Assembly (NCBI GenBank): GCA_027452085.1
Contig: DAIDHG010000029.1
Location: 335 to 11,575 of the forward strand
Direction: 5' to 3'
From: a bacterium
GTDB lineage: Bacteria > Babelota > Babeliae > Babelales > JABCYS01
DNA: 11,241 nucleotides
The translations under genes and the position numbers were made by a program. The notes beneath the pieces were generated by a model. It was not told where the DNA came from. It did no database searches and worked only from the letters and a program-made list of their open reading frames with translations. Of the stretch, positions 1 to 7,375 are shown piece after piece; the stretch's first letter is position 1, and each line of letters opens with the position of its first letter.

Positions 1-1
1 T

Positions 2-664
2 TTGTCTTTTGCGGAACAATCGCATAGCCGGTTTGGCTTCTGCAAGGATTATGCCAACTTGATGCATTCAATGGTCACCAACCAAGAAATAATGCCATAC
101 CTGAAATGTTGGGCTTTTGCTCATAAAATTGGTCAACGATGCCGTTTGGGAAGCCCTCAAGAGATGTTTAGAGCCGTCATGGATCTCCAGCACCTTCATA
201 GAACACAACCAATCGCGATTCGATCAGCATGTGCATGGCTTTTTGTGGGTAGAGATTGGTCTGATTTACAGGAGATTGAATCGCAATTTTTATTAGAAAT
301 ATTTGACGGTGCATATGAAGCGTTGTCACATACCGATGCACAGCTAAAACATAGAGCCTGGGGGCTGTATTCATTGGCGCGTAGATACGAAGAACAATAT
401 AGACAGAGAGTTGGAAACAATACCGTGTTCTTCCGGCGAGCAATAGACTGCCTCAACAAGGCACTTGCTAGCCCACAGCTGCTGCTAGAATTTGAAGCGC
501 AGCCTGAGAATTTCGGCAGTATTAACGCAATAACACAAGAATTTGCGCCCACGCTTAGCAACTCACCCGGCAGATTTGCGCACGCCCTGCGTAATCTGCG
601 CGATCAATGGCAGCAGGAGCTTGATCAGTTAATTGAACCGATCCAGGCGTTACCCGACCTCTAA
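2..664 (+). CDS. Hypothetical protein, C-terminal part (5' truncated by the window edge); possibly alpha-helical/TPR-like repeat
   Basis: Open frame from the window start to TAA at 662-664 (220 aa). The segment AWGLYSLARRYEEQ...FRRAIDCLNKAL looks like a TPR/Sel1-type helix pair. No family recognised. Confidence 0.6.
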   Translation: MSFAEQSHSRFGFCKDYANLMHSMVTNQEIMPYLKCWAFAHKIGQRCRLGSPQEMFRAVMDLQHLHRTQPIAIRSACAWLFVGRDWSDLQEIESQFLLEIFDGAYEALSHTDAQLKHRAWGLYSLARRYEEQYRQRVGNNTVFFRRAIDCLNKALASPQLLLEFEAQPENFGSINAITQEFAPTLSNSPGRFAHALRNLRDQWQQELDQLIEPIQALPDL

Positions 665-687
665 AACGTGAAGCTCTTACCCCGTAT

Positions 688-716
688 TTGCCAGGTTGGG
701 TGAAAATGCCTACAAT
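688..716 (+). promoter_or_regulatory. Putative sigma70 promoter for rpsU-rbfA-pilD
   Basis: TTGCCA (688-693), 17 nt spacer, TACAAT (711-716), about 55 nt upstream of the rpsU ATG. Confidence 0.6.
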
Positions 717-769
717 AAGTGACTCCAATTGGTAAACCCTATAAAAAGCTAAGGACGGTTACAAACCTT

Positions 770-1012
770 ATGAATCGTAACAGAAAAGCCAACATCGTTA
801 TCCCAGTTCATGACAATGTTGATCGCGCATTGCGCCAACTCAAGAAGAAAATCGAACGTGAAGGTGTATCTCGTGATATGAAGCGTTCAGTCTACTTTGA
901 GCCTGCATCTCAAAAGAAGCGCAAACGCCTTATCCGCGCGGTTAAGCAAAATCTCCTGCGTATGGCTACCCAAGGCCTTATTGATATCTCAAAGCACACC
1001 CTTCCCTCATAA
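770..1012 (+). CDS. rpsU: 30S ribosomal protein S21
   Basis: MNRNRKANIVIPVHDNVDRALRQLKKKIEREGVSRDMKRSVYFEPASQKKRKR matches the bS21 pattern (ALRxxKKK..REG...YFExxS.KRxR). ATG at 770 is preferred to GTG at 719, which lies only 2 nt downstream of the predicted -10 box. Confidence 0.9.
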   Translation: MNRNRKANIVIPVHDNVDRALRQLKKKIEREGVSRDMKRSVYFEPASQKKRKRLIRAVKQNLLRMATQGLIDISKHTLPS

Positions 1013-1024
1013 TCCTTATTGGCA

Positions 1025-1072
1025 TTCTTCTGCCGTAGGGAAATTCGGTCTTGCCACTCAGGGTGAGCGGCA
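1025..1072 (-). repeat. Degenerate copy of the REP-like palindromic element
   Basis: The reverse complement of 1056-1070 is CCGCTCACCCTGAGT, versus CCGCTCATCCCGAGT at 8107-8121 (13/15 identical). 1052-1072 also folds as TGCC-A-CTCA-GGG-TGAG-C-GGCA. The other arm is heavily degenerate. Confidence 0.5.
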
Positions 1073-1087
1073 TCGGAGCTCATAGCT

Positions 1088-1471
1088 ATGTCATCAAATC
1101 GCTCACAATATCGCTCGGTCAGACAAGCGCAAAAAGAGTCGCTTCTGTATCGCGAAGTGGCCGAGCTCTTCAGGCAGCATGCCCAAGATGAACCCGCATT
1201 ACAGGATCTGTATGTAACGCGCGTTGATCTCGCGCCTGATCTGAGCACCTGCACGGTTTTCTTCTTCTCGCCAAAAGGTGAAGCGTATTTTAAGCAGCAA
1301 CTCAAGCAGCTGATCTTATATAAACCATCATTGCGGCGGGCCATAGCTCACAAAGTGGCGCTCCGGCGCACCCCTGATTTTGTTTTTAAATTTGATGAGA
1401 CTGTTGAAAAACAGCATCGCCTGGATGAGCTTTTTGAGAAAATTAAACCGCACACAGATGATTCAGACTAG
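1088..1471 (+). CDS. rbfA: Ribosome-binding factor A
   Basis: 127 aa with VTRVDLAPDLSTCTVFF and LRRAIAHKVALRRTPDFVFKFDETVEK...LDELF, typical RbfA motifs. Confidence 0.9.
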   Translation: MSSNRSQYRSVRQAQKESLLYREVAELFRQHAQDEPALQDLYVTRVDLAPDLSTCTVFFFSPKGEAYFKQQLKQLILYKPSLRRAIAHKVALRRTPDFVFKFDETVEKQHRLDELFEKIKPHTDDSD

Positions 1472-1483
1472 AGGCTGCAGAGT

Positions 1484-2230
1484 ATGCTAGCTGCCGCTCT
1501 CTATCTCTTTATTGTTTATCTTTGTTGGGGCTCGTATCTGAATGTGGTCGGCTATCGGCTCATACATGAGGTAACACCCTGGCAGCGTTCTCATTGCCCA
1601 GCCTGTGGTAATGAGTTGGCTTGGTATGATCTTATACCCGTCGTTTCATGGTTCATGTTACGAGGCAAATGCCGATTCTGCCACGCGTCAATCTCCTTGC
1701 TTTATCCTTTTATTGAATTATATACTGCGGCGATGCTCACCTTACTTTGGTTTTTTGCAGATCCGCAATTTTTCTTGCCATACTTTTTTTTCTTTTCCGC
1801 CCTCATCGTGGTGACCAGAACCGATCTGGAAACCATGCTCATTTCACGCGCGACAACTTTATTACTCGTGCCGCTTGGCACCCTTTTGGCCGCCATTGAG
1901 CTGCTGCCAATTTCTGCAGGAGCTAGTTTGTGTGGGGCATTATTTGGTTATGGCCTGCTATGGCTCGTGCGCACGGTTTTTTATCGAGCCACCGGCAAGG
2001 AAGGTTTGGGATTAGGTGATGTTGAGTTGCTTGCCATGATTGGTGCATTTACCGGCATCATTGGTGCCTGGTTTTCTTTATTCGCTGGCTCTGTTTTAGG
2101 CACCCTTTTTGGCACCGCCTATATGTTGATTACCAAAGATCGCAAAATTCCATTTGGCCCATTTTTGGCCTTTGGCGCCATACTCTACGTATTAATTACA
2201 CCCTTCATTCATGCCTTTTTCATCCCTTGA
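1484..2230 (+). CDS. pilD: Prepilin peptidase / N-methyltransferase (A24A)
   Basis: GSYLNVVGYRL; Zn-binding RSHCPAC...LRGKCRFC; catalytic aspartates in TDLE and GLGDV; C-terminal IPFGPFL; multiple TM segments; adjacent to a pilin gene. Confidence 0.93.
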   Translation: MLAAALYLFIVYLCWGSYLNVVGYRLIHEVTPWQRSHCPACGNELAWYDLIPVVSWFMLRGKCRFCHASISLLYPFIELYTAAMLTLLWFFADPQFFLPYFFFFSALIVVTRTDLETMLISRATTLLLVPLGTLLAAIELLPISAGASLCGALFGYGLLWLVRTVFYRATGKEGLGLGDVELLAMIGAFTGIIGAWFSLFAGSVLGTLFGTAYMLITKDRKIPFGPFLAFGAILYVLITPFIHAFFIP

Positions 2231-2297
2231 TCAATAAATTATTGACCTGAAGCTCTGTTCTGTGATCTGCTATACCTACTGATAATAGGAGAAGCAA

Positions 2298-2756
2298 ATG
2301 ATCAATGGCAAACGAACTGGTTTTACCCTCTTTGAACTCATGGTGGTAGTGGCGATTATCGCTTTCATATCGCTCATTGCTATACCAAACGTGATGCGCT
2401 ATTTGGCCAAATCAAAACGCGCTGAGGCTTATATTCATCTTGGCTCCATTTATACTGCTGAAAAAATCTATTGGTCTGAACATGGCACCTATACTAACAA
2501 GCTTCGCGGAAAGGATGGTGCCGGTTGGTCACCTGAGGGCGTTACCCATTACACATATGGTTTTGCTGGCCAAGAAGGTGAAAATTTTGTCGTTGGTAAA
2601 TTGGGTGCGGGCGCTGATCAACTGCATAAAAGTTACGCTAATAAAAATGGCTTTTTAATCATTGCAGCTGCTGACATTGATGGCGATGGCAAATGCGATG
2701 TTATTGGCATTAATGAGAAGCATGAAATTATTATTTTGGAAGATGATTTGGATTAG
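2298..2756 (+). CDS. Type IV pilin (PilA/PilE-like, class III signal peptide)
   Basis: KRTG|FTLFELMVVVAIIAFISLIAIP N-methylation motif with E5 and P22; AGGAGA RBS at 2287-2292; KSKRAEAYIHLGSIYTAEKIYWSEHGTY resembles the T4a pilin alpha1-C helix. Confidence 0.9.
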   Translation: MINGKRTGFTLFELMVVVAIIAFISLIAIPNVMRYLAKSKRAEAYIHLGSIYTAEKIYWSEHGTYTNKLRGKDGAGWSPEGVTHYTYGFAGQEGENFVVGKLGAGADQLHKSYANKNGFLIIAAADIDGDGKCDVIGINEKHEIIILEDDLD

Positions 2757-2777
2757 ATTGGGTGCAATCGGGTACTG

Positions 2778-2948
2778 CTATAAAGATACCAGAAAGTCTT
2801 ATTTGCAATCGACGCTCCTACAAAATATCAAACTCTAGGCGTCGGAGAGCCGAGGGCTCAACTAGCCTGCGAGTTTATATTTTGCTAGTCGCTTAATCTC
2901 GATGATCATTACATCTTAATCCGTAAGAAAAGGTATCATTGAACATAG
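2778..2948. ncRNA. Candidate structured RNA / long imperfect inverted repeat (family unassigned)
   Basis: Nested stems found by eye: GAGCC 2847-51/GGCTC 2855-59; AGGC 2837-40/GCCT 2865-68; AAACTC 2830-35/GAGTTT 2871-76; CAAAATAT 2821-28/ATATTTTG 2877-84; CGAC 2810-13/GTCG 2888-91; TCTTA 2797-2801/TAAGA 2924-28; GATACC 2785-90/GGTATC 2932-37; CTAT 2778-81/ATAG 2945-48. Confidence 0.35.
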
Positions 2949-3064
2949 AGTGCGGCAGATAGAGATTTAGATGAAAACTTAAATGCAAATATGATTAATT
3001 CTCTTTTTAAAGTGACAGCGATGTAAAAATATAATTCACCAGACAACCTCAGGCCCTCAAGGCC

Positions 3065-3170
3065 GTCCCTCGATACGTTCCCTGTCCTGAGTGTTTTGCG
3101 AATGCAAAATGTATCGCCCCTCGATATGCCTTCGGCTACTCGGGATGAGCGAGATCGGGATGATCGGTTG
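3065..3170. repeat. Cluster of three nested or truncated REP-like palindromic elements
   Basis: Outer arms GTCCCTCGATAC (3065-3076) and TCGGGATGATCGGTTG (3155-3170). Inner copy in opposite orientation GTCCTGAGTGTTTTGCGAATGCAAAATGTATCG (3084-3116). Complete inner copy CCCTCGATATGCCTTCGGCTACTCGGGATGAGCG (3118-3151). All match 8107-8150 or its reverse complement. Confidence 0.8.
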
Positions 3171-3255
3171 ATTGTGTTGATATTTTATGAGCGCAATAAT
3201 CTCAACTGTATCTTTTATCATTAACCATCACATTCTCTATTATTAAGTTCGTTTT

Positions 3256-3894
3256 TCACGAGCGCAGTAGCCTCTCAATCGCATCTTTTTTAATGGCACC
3301 TTCTCTCAAAATCTTAATCTCATCCCCGGAACAATCCACGATGGTAGACGGTATAACCGGGTAATGTTTGCCATCACCATTAATAATGGCCGCGACGGCA
3401 GAAATAATTGCGGGATCTACATCCTCAAGACGCTCAGGTATTGGTTGGCCAGAAATATTGGCGCTCGTTGAATACAATGGGCCAGTTATGGCCAGCAGTT
3501 TTAATAAGCCTTCATGCCGGGGAACGCGAACTGCGATGGTTGGTGAGCCAAAATTCGATTGTGCGGGGAGTACGAGGGTCATAGGACCAGGCCAAAAATG
3601 TTCCATAAGTCGTTGAATAACCCCGTTCGTCTTGAGCTTATCAAAGGATTCCATTTGTGTTGATTTGAATAAACCAACCATGTTTAAAGCTTGCTCTTGG
3701 GAAACCGCCAGCATGAGATACGGTTTTTCGTTCCTTTGTTTCACATGGTCAAGAGCCGTATGACCTAAATTATTTGCTGCGGCCAGCAGCCCAAGCACCG
3801 TATCCGAACTACCCAAAACAACCTTGTTTTGAGCAATGAGAGCAGCAATTGCTGCAATATCATCATCTGACTTCCAGCTCATAATGTTATACAT
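3256..3894 (-). CDS. tsaC: L-threonylcarbamoyladenylate synthase (YrdC/Sua5, single domain)
   Basis: SDTVLGL, KQRNEKP, FWPGPMTLVL, TIAVRVP, STSANISG, PSTIVD and ILREGAI motifs. Start set at ATG 3894, which has AAGGA 6 nt upstream. Confidence 0.92.
   Translation of the reverse strand: MYNIMSWKSDDDIAAIAALIAQNKVVLGSSDTVLGLLAAANNLGHTALDHVKQRNEKPYLMLAVSQEQALNMVGLFKSTQMESFDKLKTNGVIQRLMEHFWPGPMTLVLPAQSNFGSPTIAVRVPRHEGLLKLLAITGPLYSTSANISGQPIPERLEDVDPAIISAVAAIINGDGKHYPVIPSTIVDCSGDEIKILREGAIKKDAIERLLRS
3623..3648 (+). repeat. Short REP-like element inside tsaC (in frame)
   Basis: CCGTTCGTCTTGAG-CT-TATCAAAGGA aligns with CCGCTCATCCCGAG-...-TATCGAGGGA (8107-8149). On the tsaC strand it encodes SFDKLKTNG. 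Confidence 0.7.
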
Positions 3895-4110
3895 AAAAAA
3901 TCCTTTTACTTTCCAATAGGAAGGATAAGCTACTGTCTGACAATATGAAAATAATTTTGCCATTATAAGGCGGATGCAATTTCAAAATATACATGCTTTA
4001 CTAAATCCATGATTTTTAATGTCTAATCGACAGAAATCTAATGCCAAGGGAAGTTATAAGAAATATATAAAAACTTATTGTTATATGAAACGCTCTTTAT
4101 GGGGTGATAT

Positions 4111-5574
4111 ATGATACAAAATCAAAAAAATACCATACGTGACTCGGCGCTGCAGGGCGGCTTGCCGCATTCCTATCAGGATATTATTGCATTCCTTGAT
4201 AATAACTGGGCAACTGACGGCTCACTGGAGCGTATTAAAGCGCTTGATACAGCTCTTGGCTCGCCTTCCAAATCGGTGAATGCAATTTTTGTCGCCGGTA
4301 CCAATGGCAAAAGCTTAACGGTATCATTTGCCACCAAGCTACTTCATGCTGAAGGTCTTATGGTTGGCTGCTTACGTGAACCGCACATTGTATCATATCA
4401 AGAGCGAATCGCTGTTAATGGCGCCTCGATTTCACAAAATGCTTTTACCGATCTTGCACAACAGGTATTAACAACTGCCAGCACCCATTCAATTACTATC
4501 ACCAGCGGCGAACTATTAACCATGATCGCCCTGCTTCATTTCAAGCAACAAAATACCGATGTTGCCATCCTTGAAGTTGGTGAACTGAACAGCCAAGATC
4601 CAATCAATATTTGTAGCCCCAAGGTATTGGCCATTACACGAATTACCGATCGTAGCTGCGCATTACCTGCGGCCGACTCTAAAAGCAGTGAAGCATCTGA
4701 AGAAACGGCAACCGAATCCAAGTGGCGAACGATGGATGAATTACCATCAAAACCATTTGTTGATGCAATTATGAAACTTATACACGCAGAATCGTGGGTG
4801 GTATCTGCAGATCAAAGCAAAATTCATCTGCAATATATGGAAGATATTTGCAAAGAGCGTGGCGCCCATTTTGCAATGCCGGTGCGCAAGCTGGCAACAC
4901 TGCCATATCCATTTGAGCAATTACACGGTCGTAACGCTGCATTGGCAGAACGGTTGGCTCAGTTATACGTAGAAAAGTTTGTTGCAAAAGATGCTGCCTA
5001 CATGGCACAGAGCTTGCTTACCAAGCCAAAAGGTAGCCGCGGCCGCCCACCTATTAATAAGGATGCTGCGCCAAAACGAACCTTGGCACAATTCTGGCAA
5101 GAGCAGACCATTGAATCACCAGGCAGATTCCAGGTGCTGCCGCTGGAGAAGCCAAATGTGGTGCTTGATAATGCAAGCAACATAGATGCGATCAAAAATC
5201 TATTACTTGGCGTGCGCTTATTACAGTATAAGCAACTAGTTAAAGGAGTGGCGCTCATTCTCGCAGCCCATGAAGACACCTTCGATCACATTGAGCTTGA
5301 AAAACAGCTAAAATATTTCTTCAAGCGAACATCTGGCACGGTTATTGTGTGCCCGGTGGAACGTGCCGAGCTGGCACCAACGCAACGGCCAAGCTGGAAC
5401 ACAACTGATATTGCAGAGCAACTGCGTGATGCAAAAATTAAAGTGCGCAACGTCAAAAATTTTGCCGATGCGCTTGAGCTCGCAAAGAAATCAGTTGATG
5501 AACAGCACGGATTAATTGTGGTGACCGGTTCGCAAAACATCATCAGTCAATATCATCAACTACTCTCCAAATAA
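4111..5574 (+). CDS. FolC/folylpolyglutamate synthase-like (Mur ligase fold) protein with degenerate active site
   Basis: VAGTNGKS P-loop, PHIVSYQERI, VAILEVG, PGRFQ, VVLDNASN and VVTGS align in order with FolC motifs; GGGGTG RBS at 4101-4106. Several catalytic motifs are altered. Confidence 0.8.
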   Translation: MIQNQKNTIRDSALQGGLPHSYQDIIAFLDNNWATDGSLERIKALDTALGSPSKSVNAIFVAGTNGKSLTVSFATKLLHAEGLMVGCLREPHIVSYQERIAVNGASISQNAFTDLAQQVLTTASTHSITITSGELLTMIALLHFKQQNTDVAILEVGELNSQDPINICSPKVLAITRITDRSCALPAADSKSSEASEETATESKWRTMDELPSKPFVDAIMKLIHAESWVVSADQSKIHLQYMEDICKERGAHFAMPVRKLATLPYPFEQLHGRNAALAERLAQLYVEKFVAKDAAYMAQSLLTKPKGSRGRPPINKDAAPKRTLAQFWQEQTIESPGRFQVLPLEKPNVVLDNASNIDAIKNLLLGVRLLQYKQLVKGVALILAAHEDTFDHIELEKQLKYFFKRTSGTVIVCPVERAELAPTQRPSWNTTDIAEQLRDAKIKVRNVKNFADALELAKKSVDEQHGLIVVTGSQNIISQYHQLLSK

Positions 5575-5576
5575 AT

Positions 5577-5605
5577 TTGCAATCACACGCCTGCCAGCCT
5601 ATACT
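5577..5605 (+). promoter_or_regulatory. Putative sigma70 promoter for atpB-atpE
   Basis: TTGCAA (5577-5582), 17 nt spacer, TATACT (5600-5605). Confidence 0.6.
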
Positions 5606-5645
5606 CACCTCATCTTTATCAGGATGATCAAACTATTGGTTGCGC

Positions 5646-6410
5646 ATGGAATTGCACGTACTTACCTATGAACCGTGGTATCCGCTGAGTGCATTTGGTC
5701 TTACATCCCCGATGTGGATCTTGCATCGTGATACGCTCATTGCCACCTGGGTGGTCTTATTGCTCTTAGTCGGCTTCACATTACTGGTGCGCATGGGCTT
5801 ACGCCAACAGGATTCGATTGCTCGCTATGCAATACTTTCTGGATCAAGAGTATTTGTCAATTTCACCACACAAACGCTTGGTGCTTTCAACCTACAACAT
5901 TTCTCATTTGTAACCGCGCTTTTTCTCTTCATTCTTTTTTGCAATCTTATTACTACCTTCATTCCATGGCTCCATGAACCAACCAGCGATTTAAATACCA
6001 CACTTGCTCTCGGCATAACACAATTTATCTACGTACAAGCAAGTGCTATCAAAGCGCATGGCTGGGGAGAATATTTTAAGGAGCTGGCCACCCCATGGTT
6101 TTTATTGCCGTTGCATATTACCGGCAAACTCGCACAAATAATTTCAATTTCATTTCGCTTGTTTGGCAATATTTTCGGCGGCACGATCATTGTGCAAATT
6201 TTACAGATGCTCAAAGGAGGCGTGTGGTATCTGGAAACCCTCACCACCATCACGGGCATCAATTTGGTTGTCGCCCTCTTTTTTGGCGTGTTTGAAGGGC
6301 TTATTCAGGCCTTTGTCTTTTATATGCTATCACTCACATATTTGGCTATTGGCATTCAGCCGCCACCTGAGCATGGGCCAAAACATCAAGAAGCAGCAGA
6401 GGCGGTGTAA
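5646..6410 (+). CDS. atpB: F0F1 ATP synthase subunit a
   Basis: LFILFCNL, PTSDLNTTLAL, SISFRLFGNIFGG (essential Arg) and FEGLIQAFVFYMLSLTYL. ATG 5646 used; TTG 5640 is an alternative start. Confidence 0.95.
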   Translation: MELHVLTYEPWYPLSAFGLTSPMWILHRDTLIATWVVLLLLVGFTLLVRMGLRQQDSIARYAILSGSRVFVNFTTQTLGAFNLQHFSFVTALFLFILFCNLITTFIPWLHEPTSDLNTTLALGITQFIYVQASAIKAHGWGEYFKELATPWFLLPLHITGKLAQIISISFRLFGNIFGGTIIVQILQMLKGGVWYLETLTTITGINLVVALFFGVFEGLIQAFVFYMLSLTYLAIGIQPPPEHGPKHQEAAEAV

Positions 6411-6412
6411 AA

Positions 6413-7375
6413 ATGGATATTGGTTACATTCTCAACATTATCACGATCATCGCCGTGATTGCACTACCAGCAATGGGCATTGCAATCGGGCAAAGCCGCT
6501 CTGCTATGCGCGCTATTATGGCGATCGACACACAGCCGGCAGCTCGCGGCTCCATTATGAAGATGGTAATTTTGGGCATGGCACTCATGGAAACGGCAGG
6601 CGTGCTTGGCGTTGCTTTTGCCGTTATGCTTATTCTCGATCTTTTTTCTGCAACTGGTTCAACCGCTTCTGGCCTTGCCTGGCTTGGCATTGCCTGCTCA
6701 CTTGGCATTCCAGGCTTTGTAAGCGGCATCACATCTGCATGGCCCACCCATGAAGCGTGTGACGCAGTGGCTCGTCAGCCTTTTTTTAGTGCAAAAATTT
6801 TAAATGTGTTGCTGCTTTCGCTTACCTTATTGCAAACACCAGTGGTGCTTGGGTTCATCGTTGCATGGATGATTAAGAGTCAGGCAAGCGGCATCACCAA
6901 CATCCTTGATGGCATTCGTTTATTTTCGGCAGGTCTGGTGGTTGGCCTTGGCAGCATTGGGCCATTAATTGGCATCGGCTCTTTTGCACGCCAATGTGTG
7001 CACGGCCTTGGCCTGAATCGCCATGCATATACGCAATTATTTACCTTCACCTTCATCAGCGAAGCAATCATTGAAACACCGTTACTTTTTGCCTTTGTGG
7101 TTGGCTTAATGTTACTGTATGCCGCCAATGAAGGGCATGCAGTATTAGTGCGCGGCGCGGTATATCTTGGCGCTGCGGCATGCACCGGCATTGCAGCAAT
7201 TTTGCCGAGTGTAAGCTCAGGGCGCGTTGCCAGTGCCGCAAGCAAGGCAATTGCGCAAACACCCGAACGATACAGCCTTATTGCACGCTCAAGCATGTTG
7301 GTGCAAGCATTATTGGATACCTTTATTGTATATGCCACCCTGGTATCAATGATGATGATCTTTATGGTTAAGTAA
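6413..7375 (+). CDS. atpE: F0F1 ATP synthase subunit c, four tandem-fused hairpins (320 aa)
   Basis: Four ~80 aa repeats with loop motifs DTQP42, ARQP123, GLNR203 and AQTP284, each exactly 18 residues before the ion-binding position (E60, Q141, E221, D302), as for P43 to D61 in E. coli c. Directly follows atpB. Confidence 0.9.
   Translation: MDIGYILNIITIIAVIALPAMGIAIGQSRSAMRAIMAIDTQPAARGSIMKMVILGMALMETAGVLGVAFAVMLILDLFSATGSTASGLAWLGIACSLGIPGFVSGITSAWPTHEACDAVARQPFFSAKILNVLLLSLTLLQTPVVLGFIVAWMIKSQASGITNILDGIRLFSAGLVVGLGSIGPLIGIGSFARQCVHGLGLNRHAYTQLFTFTFISEAIIETPLLFAFVVGLMLLYAANEGHAVLVRGAVYLGAAACTGIAAILPSVSSGRVASAASKAIAQTPERYSLIARSSMLVQALLDTFIVYATLVSMMMIFMVK

Noticed and set aside
2242..2276. 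TTGACC...TATACC as a sigma70 promoter for the pilin
   Set aside because: The spacer is 23 nt and the -10 lacks the final T.
2298..2756. Electrically conductive (e-pilin) interpretation
   Set aside because: Aromatics are present at mature positions 1, 27, 50/51 and 57, but position 24 is Val. The criterion itself is disputed and there are no cytochrome genes nearby.
2757..3060. tRNA, tmRNA, SRP RNA or RNase P RNA in the intergenic region
   Set aside because: No cloverleaf or T-loop/CCA end, no SRP GGAA tetraloop with AGCAG motif, and no RNase P conserved motifs recognised on either strand.
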